DNA from: an uncultured SAR86 cluster bacterium
GTDB lineage: Bacteria > Pseudomonadota > Gammaproteobacteria > Magnimaribacterales > D2472
Direction of reading: 5' to 3'
DNA: 64,000 bases
NCBI GenBank assembly: GCA_902626385.1
Contig: CACOEZ010000003.1
Span: 53,148-117,147, forward strand
Shown: piece by piece, positions 1-8,422 of the stretch
How positions within the stretch are numbered: position 1 is the first letter of the stretch
Layout: every line of letters begins with the position of its first letter
The notes under the pieces: generated by a model
The model's input: only the letters and a program-made list of their open reading frames with translations
What the model was told of the DNA's origin: nothing
The model's database searches: none
Position numbers and translations under genes: made by a program

Positions 1-566
1 TTTTCTTGTCTAACCACCTCAAGATCTGAAACAGCTGTTTTTAGAGAGGGATCCCAATTAACCAATCTATAGCCTCTATAAATTTTATCCTTTCTATATA
101 ATTCAACAAATGCTTTTAGGACAGCATCAGAACAACCTTTATCAAGTGTAAATCTGTATTTATTCCAATCTACGGTACATCCAAGTCTTTTAATTTGATT
201 GGTAATATTTTTTTCTGAATGATCTTTCCATTTCCATACTTCATCAAGAAACTTTTCTCGTCCAAGATCTGACCTTGAGATATTCTCTTTTGATAAATTG
301 TTTTCTACCACCATTTGAGTAGCTATGCCTGCATGATCGCTTCCAACCTGCCAGTAAGAATCTTTTCCTTTCATATGATGATATCTGGTATAAAAATCCA
401 TAATTGCATACTGAAAGCTATGACCCATATGAAGGGTTCCAGTAACATTAGGTGGGGGTATTACCTGTGAAAACGATTCTTTAGAGTTAGAATTTGAAAC
501 TTTTCTGTTAGACCAAATTTTTACCCACTTTTCCTCAATTTCAACAGGGTGATACTGCTTATCCAT
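1..566 (-). CDS. valS: valyl-tRNA synthetase, N-terminal part (3' end cut by window edge)
   Basis: My own reverse-complement translation from the ATG at 564-566 gives MDKQYHPVEIEEKW...VIPPPNVTGTLHMGH (class I HIGH motif)...WQVGSDHAGIATQ...LVNWDP. It aligns closely with the ValRS N-terminus as I remember it. It is absent from the ORF track because it runs off the edge. Confidence 0.85.
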   Translation of the reverse strand, partial: MDKQYHPVEIEEKWVKIWSNRKVSNSNSKESFSQVIPPPNVTGTLHMGHSFQYAIMDFYTRYHHMKGKDSYWQVGSDHAGIATQMVVENNLSKENISRSDLGREKFLDEVWKWKDHSEKNITNQIKRLGCTVDWNKYRFTLDKGCSDAVLKAFVELYRKDKIYRGYRLVNWDPSLKTAVSDLEVVRQE

Positions 567-580
567 ATGATTTTAAATAT

Positions 581-2098
581 CTATTTTAATCTTTTACTCA
601 GCAGAAGCTCGCTTATTAATGGAACTGGTCTCCCAGTTCCTGCTTTAACTGGCGTGCTGTATGAAGCAGTCGCCGCAATGTCTATGTGCGCCCATTTATA
701 TTCATTAGTAAATTTAGACAAAAATGCAGCTGCATGAATAGTTCCTGCTTCTCTCCCTCCACCAATATTAGCTAAATCTGCATATTTTGTTTTAGTACAC
801 GACTGATGTTCATCCCATAAAGGCAATTGCCATGCTCTATCACCAGACTCTTCTCCAGATTCTATAATCATATCTGCTAAATTTTGATCATTTGCCATAA
901 CGCCACTAGCATGTCTTCCAAGTGCTATAACAACTGCACCTGTGAGAGTAGCCATATCAATTACGTATGATGGTTTGTACTTTCCTACATATGTCAAACA
1001 GTCAGCAAGAATAAGTCTGCCTTCGGCATCAGTATTTAGTATCTCAATCGTTTGTCCAGACATTGATGTAACAACGTCACCAGGTTTTGTTGCTTTAGAA
1101 GAGCACATGTTCTCAGCACAACCCATTACCCCAACAACATTTACATTTGCATTAAGTCTAGCAAGCATAGACATTACCCCAAAGACTGTTGCCGCACCAC
1201 ACATATCCCATTTCATTTCATCCATTCCTGGACTAGGTTTTATAGATACACCACCAGTATCAAAAGTTACTCCTTTGCCTACTAAAGCAATTGGTTTCTC
1301 AGAGGACTTGCCTCCTTTGTATTCTATGACCATCATTCTTGCTGGCTCTTCACTACCTCGAGAAACACTGAGAAATGATCCCATACCCATTTTCTGCATT
1401 TGATTTTCATTAAAAGTTTTAACTTTCAATTTTGGGAAATCTTTTGTCATAGCCTTAACTTTTCTTTCTATAATTTTAGGCGTGCAGTGGTTAGCAGGTA
1501 AATCCCCAAGATATTTTGCAGTATTAACACCTTCACCAATTGCATATCCTTTCTTTGCTGCTTGCTTTGCATTATTTAATTCAGATTTGGAAAGTCCTGA
1601 AACAAGAATATTAAGTTTCTTAACACTTGGTTTTTTTGCTGTTTTATTAACCGTTTCTGAGAAGATATATACATTTGACTCAATAGTTTTTGCAACCATT
1701 TCAATAAGCCACATTTCATTTTTTCCTTTTGGCGTTACATTTCCAGGCATCACAGAAATATCTTTTGCTTTAAGTTGATTTCCCTTATGAGCAATAGATT
1801 GATACATACTTAACCATTTATGAGTAGGTTGATTTGGATCTTTACCCTTAACTAAAAGAATATTTGATGCATTTATGTTGTTAAGTTTTGGAATTAGAAC
1901 AGAACTACCAGCATCTTTAAGATGTGTTTGTATTGTTTTAGAAATATAATTTTTTGAAATTTTATTAAGATCTTTAAAAGATTTGTTGGTCTTTGTATTG
2001 TTATTTATAACCAAAACTAAAAGGTCAGTTTTTAGCGAAGCAAGTCCAGAGGTTGATACATCTTTTAAAGATACGTTATTTAAAACTTTATATGCCAT
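581..2098 (-). CDS. pepA: leucyl aminopeptidase (M17 family)
   Basis: 505-aa ORF with M17 motifs VGKGVTFDTGG and NTDAEGRL. An AGGAGA Shine-Dalgarno (complement of 2105-2110) lies 6 nt before the ATG. Confidence 0.95.
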   Translation of the reverse strand: MAYKVLNNVSLKDVSTSGLASLKTDLLVLVINNNTKTNKSFKDLNKISKNYISKTIQTHLKDAGSSVLIPKLNNINASNILLVKGKDPNQPTHKWLSMYQSIAHKGNQLKAKDISVMPGNVTPKGKNEMWLIEMVAKTIESNVYIFSETVNKTAKKPSVKKLNILVSGLSKSELNNAKQAAKKGYAIGEGVNTAKYLGDLPANHCTPKIIERKVKAMTKDFPKLKVKTFNENQMQKMGMGSFLSVSRGSEEPARMMVIEYKGGKSSEKPIALVGKGVTFDTGGVSIKPSPGMDEMKWDMCGAATVFGVMSMLARLNANVNVVGVMGCAENMCSSKATKPGDVVTSMSGQTIEILNTDAEGRLILADCLTYVGKYKPSYVIDMATLTGAVVIALGRHASGVMANDQNLADMIIESGEESGDRAWQLPLWDEHQSCTKTKYADLANIGGGREAGTIHAAAFLSKFTNEYKWAHIDIAATASYSTPVKAGTGRPVPLISELLLSKRLK

Positions 2099-2113
2099 TT
2101 AAGTTCTCCTGTA

Positions 2114-3304
2114 ATGGTATTTACTGATAAGATAAATATTGTAATGCATGATACTTCACAAGGCATAAATAAAAAAAATATTCTTTCAAAAAGCTTGAAT
2201 GTTGAAGTTTTTAAAACTACAACTGGAATATTATTGATTTTCTTTCTTTTGGTTGTTGGATCAAGGTTTGTGGGGTATTTTGAGCAAGCATCTGAGGGTT
2301 TAATAGATCCAAATATAATATTTAGAGTAGTCCTTCTAAGGTTTCCAGACTTTATAACTTTATTGTTGCCATTCTCTTTTTTCCTTGGAATTATTCTCAC
2401 AATCAGTAGGCTTTATGCTGAGAGTGAAATTTATGGATATTTTTCTGTCGGCTTGTCTAAAATTGATATGATTAAGTTTCTATTGCCTCAATCTCTTGTT
2501 TTCTTTTTCATAACTCTAGCTTTGAGCTTATATATTGCACCCTACACAAAAGATCTTTCCAAGGAGCTTATTTCCATAGATACATTCGAAGAAAAATTTA
2601 AATCTATTAAACCAAAGAAATTGACAACATTTGCTCGAAGCGATGGCTTCATTTACATAGAAGCCAAGAAGGACAACACTTTTTTGGATGTGACATCATT
2701 AATGTCCAACGAAAAATCTTCCATGCTCATAGTAGCTGAAAATATGAATTTTCAGGATGAGGGTTCAACATTAGATCTAGAGTTCAATAATGGAAGTCTG
2801 CATGAGGGTGTTCTTAGCGATGAGAATAAAATTATTTCAAATTTTAATAAATTGAAAATTCCTGTAGACAAGGATACCGAAATACAGAAAAATTCATCAT
2901 TAACAAAATTATTTGATTACTCTTTAAGTTCATCTAAGTCAGAAATATTATGGAATGTATCAATTCCATTAACTGTATTTGTCCTACTAATATTAGGAGT
3001 AAGTTTATCCAAAGTTGAGCCAAGGCAAGGAAGATATTCGGTGATGTTGCCTGCTCTGGCTTTTTATGTTTTTTATTTGAGCTTACTTATTTTATCCAGA
3101 GACTTTTCAGAGAGTAATACTGCAAGCTCTCATTATTATTTTGGTCTAATACACATATCTTTTCTACTTATTGGACTATTTAGCTTATTGAGATCCAGTA
3201 CTAGTTTTTTTAACAACATATTGATTTTTAACCAAATTAATCTTTCTTCAAAAATTATTCTAGCAGCTATAAGCATTGTCATTTTTTTATGGATGGTTAA
3301 CTAA
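2114..3304 (+). CDS. lptF: LPS export ABC transporter permease LptF (YjgP/YjgQ family)
   Basis: Polytopic membrane ORF, divergent from pepA and followed by a paralog, which is the canonical arrangement. The start is uncertain: ATG 2114 or ATG 2144. Confidence 0.85.
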   Translation: MVFTDKINIVMHDTSQGINKKNILSKSLNVEVFKTTTGILLIFFLLVVGSRFVGYFEQASEGLIDPNIIFRVVLLRFPDFITLLLPFSFFLGIILTISRLYAESEIYGYFSVGLSKIDMIKFLLPQSLVFFFITLALSLYIAPYTKDLSKELISIDTFEEKFKSIKPKKLTTFARSDGFIYIEAKKDNTFLDVTSLMSNEKSSMLIVAENMNFQDEGSTLDLEFNNGSLHEGVLSDENKIISNFNKLKIPVDKDTEIQKNSSLTKLFDYSLSSSKSEILWNVSIPLTVFVLLILGVSLSKVEPRQGRYSVMLPALAFYVFYLSLLILSRDFSESNTASSHYYFGLIHISFLLIGLFSLLRSSTSFFNNILIFNQINLSSKIILAAISIVIFLWMVN

Positions 3305-4311
3305 TGAAAATTTTTTATATCTATCTAATTAAAAGATCTTTCTTATTTTCGTTATTTATACTGTTAGTTTTTGGAGTTCTGGATTCAGTTTTTAGACTTC
3401 TTTCAGAATTAGAAAATATTTCGGACTCATATGATTTTTTAAATATAATTAATTTTATTTTTGCTTCAATGCCTCATAACATTGTTGGTTTCGTTGAGGG
3501 CGCATGTTTACTGGGAGTAATGGTCTCACTTGGTATTTCGCATAAAGAAGGAAACCTTAATGTATTAAGATCAGCTGGCTCTTCACCCTTTAAAATAGTT
3601 GCTTTAAGTTCGGTAGGGGCACTTTTAATAGTTATTCCTATGTTAGTGCTTGATGATATTTCGTTTAGGCATATTTATTTGGATTCGCAGATAGATAAAA
3701 ATGTTCTTTTAGAAAAAAAAGTTAATCAAGACGATATAAAATGGATTAAATATAAAAATTCATTTTTGAGTTATAACAATATAATCAATAATAAGGTTTT
3801 CAATCCACAACTCATTAAGATTGTTAAAAAAGATAAGATTGTCTCAATCAAATCATCTGTTGCGGAAATAAAAGATAACAATTTAATCTTTGATAACAAT
3901 AAATCAGAGTATTTTGAGCTACCTCTTCGAGCAAAGGTCTCATATCAAAATATTGATCATGAAGGCATTTTAAAGATAGCCTTATATAGATCCTATTTTG
4001 CAAGTAGCATTATTAAAGAGGACATCTTATTTAAAGCTCATTTAGATAAGGTTTTTTTCAAAACTATATTTTTACCATTCTCCATATTTATCTTAATAAC
4101 ATATTTTGGATCACTAATTTTTACTTCTTTAAGAGACTCAAATTTAGGTATGAGAATAACAGTTGCAGTTTTTGGAGCCTTTATTTATAAATTATTGCAA
4201 GATTTATCAATTGGAATTTTTATATCATATAATTTGCCAATGCTACTTGGTGTTATTTTGCCTGCTATGATACTTGCTTTACTAAGCCTTGATGCTTATA
4301 GGAAGATTTAG
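3304..4311 (+). CDS. lptG: LPS export ABC transporter permease LptG
   Basis: 335-aa YjgP/YjgQ-type membrane ORF. Its ATG overlaps the lptF stop (TAATG). Confidence 0.85.
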   Translation: MKIFYIYLIKRSFLFSLFILLVFGVLDSVFRLLSELENISDSYDFLNIINFIFASMPHNIVGFVEGACLLGVMVSLGISHKEGNLNVLRSAGSSPFKIVALSSVGALLIVIPMLVLDDISFRHIYLDSQIDKNVLLEKKVNQDDIKWIKYKNSFLSYNNIINNKVFNPQLIKIVKKDKIVSIKSSVAEIKDNNLIFDNNKSEYFELPLRAKVSYQNIDHEGILKIALYRSYFASSIIKEDILFKAHLDKVFFKTIFLPFSIFILITYFGSLIFTSLRDSNLGMRITVAVFGAFIYKLLQDLSIGIFISYNLPMLLGVILPAMILALLSLDAYRKI

Positions 4312-4718
4312 ATTTTTTTATAGCTTGTACCAGACAGATAATCACTCAGTGAGAGATTACCTTTAGAAAAATACATATAAATAAGAGGAACTCCAAAAAG
4401 AAAAAAAGTTAAAGTATTTACAAAGTACCTTATTGAAATTTGAGATATTGAAATTTTTTGGTTATTTAAACTATAAATCTCAAATTTCCAAACAGCCATA
4501 CCAAGTGTTTTGCCTCCGTGTGTCCAAAAATAACCATAGAATACCCACGAACTAATAAAAACAATAATTGGACCTATCCATTTAATTTCAATGACACCAC
4601 CATTTATCCAGACTGCTAGAGAACCAACTGCAAACCAGACCCCCAATAATAAAAACAAATCGTATATGGTTGCAGCTATTCGTTTTAGAGGAAAAACAAT
4701 ATATGATTTATTGGACAT
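4308..4718 (-). CDS. RDD family membrane protein
   Basis: RDD-like pattern: R..IYD near the N-terminus, GKTLGMAVWK, and SLSDYLSGT near the C-terminus, with 3 hydrophobic helices. I prefer the ATG at 4718 (MSNKSY...). The track ORF extends to 4787 and would overlap the divergent transporter gene. Confidence 0.7.
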   Translation of the reverse strand: MSNKSYIVFPLKRIAATIYDLFLLLGVWFAVGSLAVWINGGVIEIKWIGPIIVFISSWVFYGYFWTHGGKTLGMAVWKFEIYSLNNQKISISQISIRYFVNTLTFFLFGVPLIYMYFSKGNLSLSDYLSGTSYKKI

Positions 4719-4720
4719 TT

Positions 4721-4729
4721 TGGTATAGT
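4721..4729 (+). promoter_or_regulatory. putative extended -10 promoter (TGGTATAGT) for the POT transporter gene
   Basis: TGnTATAGT lies in the 39-nt spacer, about 28 nt before the ATG at 4758. No -35 element is evident. Confidence 0.35.
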
Positions 4730-4757
4730 ACAAGATTATTAAAAAAAATAAATTGCT

Positions 4758-6251
4758 ATGAATACAGATAAAGGTTTCTTTGGTCATCCTATTGGTCTCC
4801 GTACATTATTTCTCACTGAGATGTGGGAAAGGATGTCTTACTATGGAATGAGGGCTCTGCTAGTTTTATATATGACAGGCTCAATTACAGGTTTTAATCC
4901 TGGTATGGGAATGTCAGCAATTGATGCTAATGCAATTTATGGAATATATGTAGGTTTTGTATACTTTATGGTGGTTCCTGGTGGTTGGATTGCAGATAAT
5001 ATTCTTGGTCATCAGAAAGCTGTTCTTATTGGAGCAGTAATTATTGCACTTGGTCATTTCACCTTAGCTATTCCACTTGAACAAACCTTCTTTTTAGGAT
5101 TAATTTTAGTAGTTTTAGGTACAGGACTTCTAAAGGGCAATATATCAACCATTGTTGGAAAATTGTATTCTGATAATGATTCAAGAAGGGATTCAGGCTA
5201 CACAATTTTTTATATGTCTATAAACATTGGATCAACTCTCGGTTTTTTAATATGTGCGTGGCTAGGTGAAAAAATTGGATGGCACTTTGGTTTTGGTGCT
5301 GCAGGAATTGGTATGGCATTTGGAGTATATCAATTTATAAATTATAAGCATTTGCTTGGTGATGCTGGAGAAAAACCTAATGATATGGAAGACTCCAAAA
5401 GAAAGAAATTAATTCAATGGACAAAAAATAGTCTTGCTTTGATGTTTATTGTAATTGTCCTCGGATTATTTGGAATTATTTCTATTGATCCGAGAACTTT
5501 TGCCGAAAATTTCGCATATTTCTTGACTATTGTCGCAGGAGCATATTTTTTATATTTATATTTTATGGCTGGATTAAATAGCAATGAGAAAAAGAATTTA
5601 CTGCTGCTATTTGTTCTTTTTGTGGGTGCAGCGGCCTTCTGGTCTGGGTTTGATCAATCTGCTAGTTCTCTTAGTATTTTTGCAAGAGACTTCACTGATT
5701 TGTCAGTAGGCGGGTACATTATTCCAATCGGATGGCTTCAATTTGCCAATCCAATTTTTGTTGTTACTTTTGCCCCAATCTTTGCAGGAATTTGGGCTAA
5801 CCTAGCTAGAAGAAATATGGATCCATCATTGCCAATTAAGTTTGCAATTGGTTTGTTTTTTATGGCAATCAGCTTCATGATTATGGTTTTTGCAGTAGGT
5901 CTCGCTATGGAATCTGCCCCTGTGGGGATGCAATGGCTTTTAATAACATACCTTCTTCAGACATGGGGTGAGCTTGCTTTATCTCCAATTGGTTTATCTG
6001 CATTTTCAAAATATTCTCCAAAAAGGTACATGGGTCAAATGTTTGGGTTATGGTTCTTAGCATCTGCAATAGGTGGTGTTTTAGCAGGGTTGCTTGGAGG
6101 TGATGCAACTGCTGATGGACTAGACTCCGTTCAACCTATATTTACTTTTATGATTCAGTATTATCTTGTTATAGGTATTATTTTAGTTGGCCTTTCATTT
6201 TTATTTAAAAATAAGGACAAAAATAATCTTGAACAGGCAAATTTGAATTAA
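4758..6251 (+). CDS. POT/PTR2 family proton-dependent di/tripeptide transporter
   Basis: 497-aa polytopic ORF with the PTR2 signature region GHPIGLRTLFLTEMWERMSYYGMRALLVLYM. Confidence 0.9.
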   Translation: MNTDKGFFGHPIGLRTLFLTEMWERMSYYGMRALLVLYMTGSITGFNPGMGMSAIDANAIYGIYVGFVYFMVVPGGWIADNILGHQKAVLIGAVIIALGHFTLAIPLEQTFFLGLILVVLGTGLLKGNISTIVGKLYSDNDSRRDSGYTIFYMSINIGSTLGFLICAWLGEKIGWHFGFGAAGIGMAFGVYQFINYKHLLGDAGEKPNDMEDSKRKKLIQWTKNSLALMFIVIVLGLFGIISIDPRTFAENFAYFLTIVAGAYFLYLYFMAGLNSNEKKNLLLLFVLFVGAAAFWSGFDQSASSLSIFARDFTDLSVGGYIIPIGWLQFANPIFVVTFAPIFAGIWANLARRNMDPSLPIKFAIGLFFMAISFMIMVFAVGLAMESAPVGMQWLLITYLLQTWGELALSPIGLSAFSKYSPKRYMGQMFGLWFLASAIGGVLAGLLGGDATADGLDSVQPIFTFMIQYYLVIGIILVGLSFLFKNKDKNNLEQANLN

Positions 6252-6358
6252 AAATTTGAAGAATAAAAAAAAGAAAGATCCTGTTAAAAAAAATATGGAT
6301 AAATTTCATAAACCCAAAACTCATAAAGATAAAACAAAGTATGATAGAAAGAAAAAGA

Positions 6359-7486
6359 TTAAAGGTTTTGATTCAGATTGATTAAGACTTTTTTATAAAT
6401 ATCTTTGAGTATCCAAAGTTCGCTAATTTTAATATGTTCATCAATTTGGTGTATTGATTTATTTACTGGGCCTAATTCAATAATTTCAGTATTCATTTTT
6501 GCTACGAAACGACCATCTGAGGTCCCACCTTTTGCATTTAATTCAGGAATATATCCAGTAACATCTTTAACAGCGCTAGAAACTATTTCTTTAAAAAAAC
6601 TACTTTCAGTATAGTAGGGTGTTCCATTTAAATCCCAATCTAAATCATAATTGAGGTTTAACTCGCTCAGTATTGATTCAAAATCAGACTTTAAACTTGT
6701 TTCAGATGATTCTGGTGAAAATCTAAAATTAAATATTAGCTTTAACTCTCCAGGAACTACATTATGAGCTCCGGTACCAGAGTTAATATTAGATATCTGA
6801 AAACTGGTTGGATCGAAAGCATCATTGCCTTTATCCCATTCTTTTTGGTTTAGTCTAGAAATTAAATCTCCTGATAAAAGAATCGGGTTAATAACTTTTT
6901 CAGGATATGCAACATGACCCTGTTTCCCATGAATTGTTAAGCAACCACCAAGAGAACCTCTTCTTCCAATCCTTGCGCAGTCAGCTACTTTTTTATCAGA
7001 GGTCGGTTCGCCTACAAGACAAAAATCTATAATTTCTTTTTGTTGTATCATTTTTTCAATTATTTTGTCTATAAAACCATCTTTTGAAGTTCCTTCCTCA
7101 TTTGAAGTAAGCAAAATAGCTATTTTGAAATTAATTTCATCTGTTGATTTAATAAATTCTTTTGCTGACTCAATAAAAGCCGCAACAGATGCTTTCATAT
7201 CAGCTACTCCTCTACCATATAAGATGTCATCCTCAATTGTTGCTGAGAAAGGAGGGTACTTCCATTTTTCTTCAGGCCCGCTTGGAACAACATCTGTGTG
7301 ACCTAAGAAGCAAAATAATTTTTCTCCCTCGCCATAAGTTGCATAAAGGTTCTCGATATTAAGATAATTAATTCTCTGGCAATTAAAATTTATTTGTTCT
7401 AATTCAGTCTCTATCAAATTAAAACAACCCATGTCCTTTGGAGATATAGACCTAATTCTTATTAAATTTTGAAGAAGTTCAATCAT
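6359..7486 (-). CDS. dapE: succinyl-diaminopimelate desuccinylase (M20 family)
   Basis: 375-aa ORF with the M20 motif LGHTDVVP and an overall DapE-like sequence. It lies immediately downstream of dapD with an 8-nt overlap. Confidence 0.9.
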   Translation of the reverse strand: MIELLQNLIRIRSISPKDMGCFNLIETELEQINFNCQRINYLNIENLYATYGEGEKLFCFLGHTDVVPSGPEEKWKYPPFSATIEDDILYGRGVADMKASVAAFIESAKEFIKSTDEINFKIAILLTSNEEGTSKDGFIDKIIEKMIQQKEIIDFCLVGEPTSDKKVADCARIGRRGSLGGCLTIHGKQGHVAYPEKVINPILLSGDLISRLNQKEWDKGNDAFDPTSFQISNINSGTGAHNVVPGELKLIFNFRFSPESSETSLKSDFESILSELNLNYDLDWDLNGTPYYTESSFFKEIVSSAVKDVTGYIPELNAKGGTSDGRFVAKMNTEIIELGPVNKSIHQIDEHIKISELWILKDIYKKVLINLNQNL

Positions 7487-8393
7487 TGTTATGAAGCTCT
7501 GTGTTTAGCAAAGACTTTTTTGAGTTTCTTTTAGCAAGAACTTTACCGGATAAAGAATCTCTTAAAAATAACAAGTTTGACTTTCCAGAAATTTCCCTAG
7601 CCTTAACAATTTCAAATTTTTTACTATTTTGATCCATTAAATGAATTTTTGTACCAGCAGTTAAATAAAGTCCTGCTTCAACAGTACAATTATCTCCTAG
7701 AGATATACCAATACCTGCATTTGCACCTAGTAGGCAATTTTCACCTATAGAAATTTTAGTTTCGTTACCACCTGATAGTGTTCCCATCGTACTTGAACCA
7801 CCTCCAATGTCAGAGTTATTCCCAACAACTACTCCTGAAGAAATTCTTCCCTCTATCATTGCTTTTCCTAATGTTCCAGCATTAAAGTTTACAAATCCTT
7901 CATGCATTACAGTAGTACCTTCGCTTAGGTATGCTCCTAGTCTTACTCTGGTTGCATCTGCAATTCGTACATTTTTAGGTATGACGTAGTCTGTCATGCA
8001 AGGAAATTTGTCAAGAGACCTTATATGAAGATTATTTTTTGTAATTTTAGAATTATGTAAAATTTCATCTATTTCATCAGCAGCAATTGGACCATTATTT
8101 GTCCATGCTATATTTGGAAGTGCATTAAATAGACCATTTAGGTTTATAGAATTAGGCAAAACAAACTTATTGGACAAAAGTTGTAATTTTAAATAAGCAC
8201 TAATAGGATCACTAACGCCGTCATTTAATTCAGATTTTATCCATTCAACTTCTACAACCTCCTGAAGGTGATTTGTTATTTCAGGAACTTGAAAGTTGAT
8301 AGACATCATTTCAGTTTCAATTATCGGAAAATAAACATCTAATATTTTCCCTGATTGTGATTTATTTGCTATTCCTATTGCCTTGAGTTTCAT
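7479..8393 (-). CDS. dapD: 2,3,4,5-tetrahydropyridine-2,6-dicarboxylate N-succinyltransferase (long, Pseudomonas-type)
   Basis: Hexapeptide-repeat region VRLGAYLSEGTTVMHEGFVNFNAGTLG...GGGSSTMGTLSGG. The glnD-dapD neighbourhood is conserved. Confidence 0.9.
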   Translation of the reverse strand: MKLKAIGIANKSQSGKILDVYFPIIETEMMSINFQVPEITNHLQEVVEVEWIKSELNDGVSDPISAYLKLQLLSNKFVLPNSINLNGLFNALPNIAWTNNGPIAADEIDEILHNSKITKNNLHIRSLDKFPCMTDYVIPKNVRIADATRVRLGAYLSEGTTVMHEGFVNFNAGTLGKAMIEGRISSGVVVGNNSDIGGGSSTMGTLSGGNETKISIGENCLLGANAGIGISLGDNCTVEAGLYLTAGTKIHLMDQNSKKFEIVKAREISGKSNLLFLRDSLSGKVLAKRNSKKSLLNTELHNND

Positions 8394-8422
8394 TTATAAA
8401 TTATAAGTTCAATTTTTGATTA

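Noticed and set aside
942-1403. Many 60-150-aa ORFs in the track lie antisense to long conserved genes. Examples are 549-737, 942-1403, 1482-1778, 2080-2400, 13429-13680, 14872-15195, 18505-18933, 28772-29026, 31271-31654, 43001-43273, 46185-46484 and 50307-50525.
   Set aside because: Each is fully embedded opposite a gene with clear family motifs. They have low-complexity or odd composition and no start or Shine-Dalgarno context. They are typical shadow ORFs.
6256-6381. A lysine-rich small ORF lies in the convergent spacer between the POT transporter gene and dapE. It reads MDKFHKPKTHKDKTKYDRKKKIKGFDSD (ATG 6295), or is 41 aa from TTG 6256. It shows a faint resemblance to the basic K-x-K-x-Y-x-RK region of ArfA-type ribosome rescue peptides.
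   Set aside because: A-runs in AT-rich DNA generate Lys-rich ORFs trivially. There is no Shine-Dalgarno, the ORF overlaps the dapE 3' end by 23 nt, and the ArfA-like alignment needs gaps. It is not supportable without a profile search or expression data.
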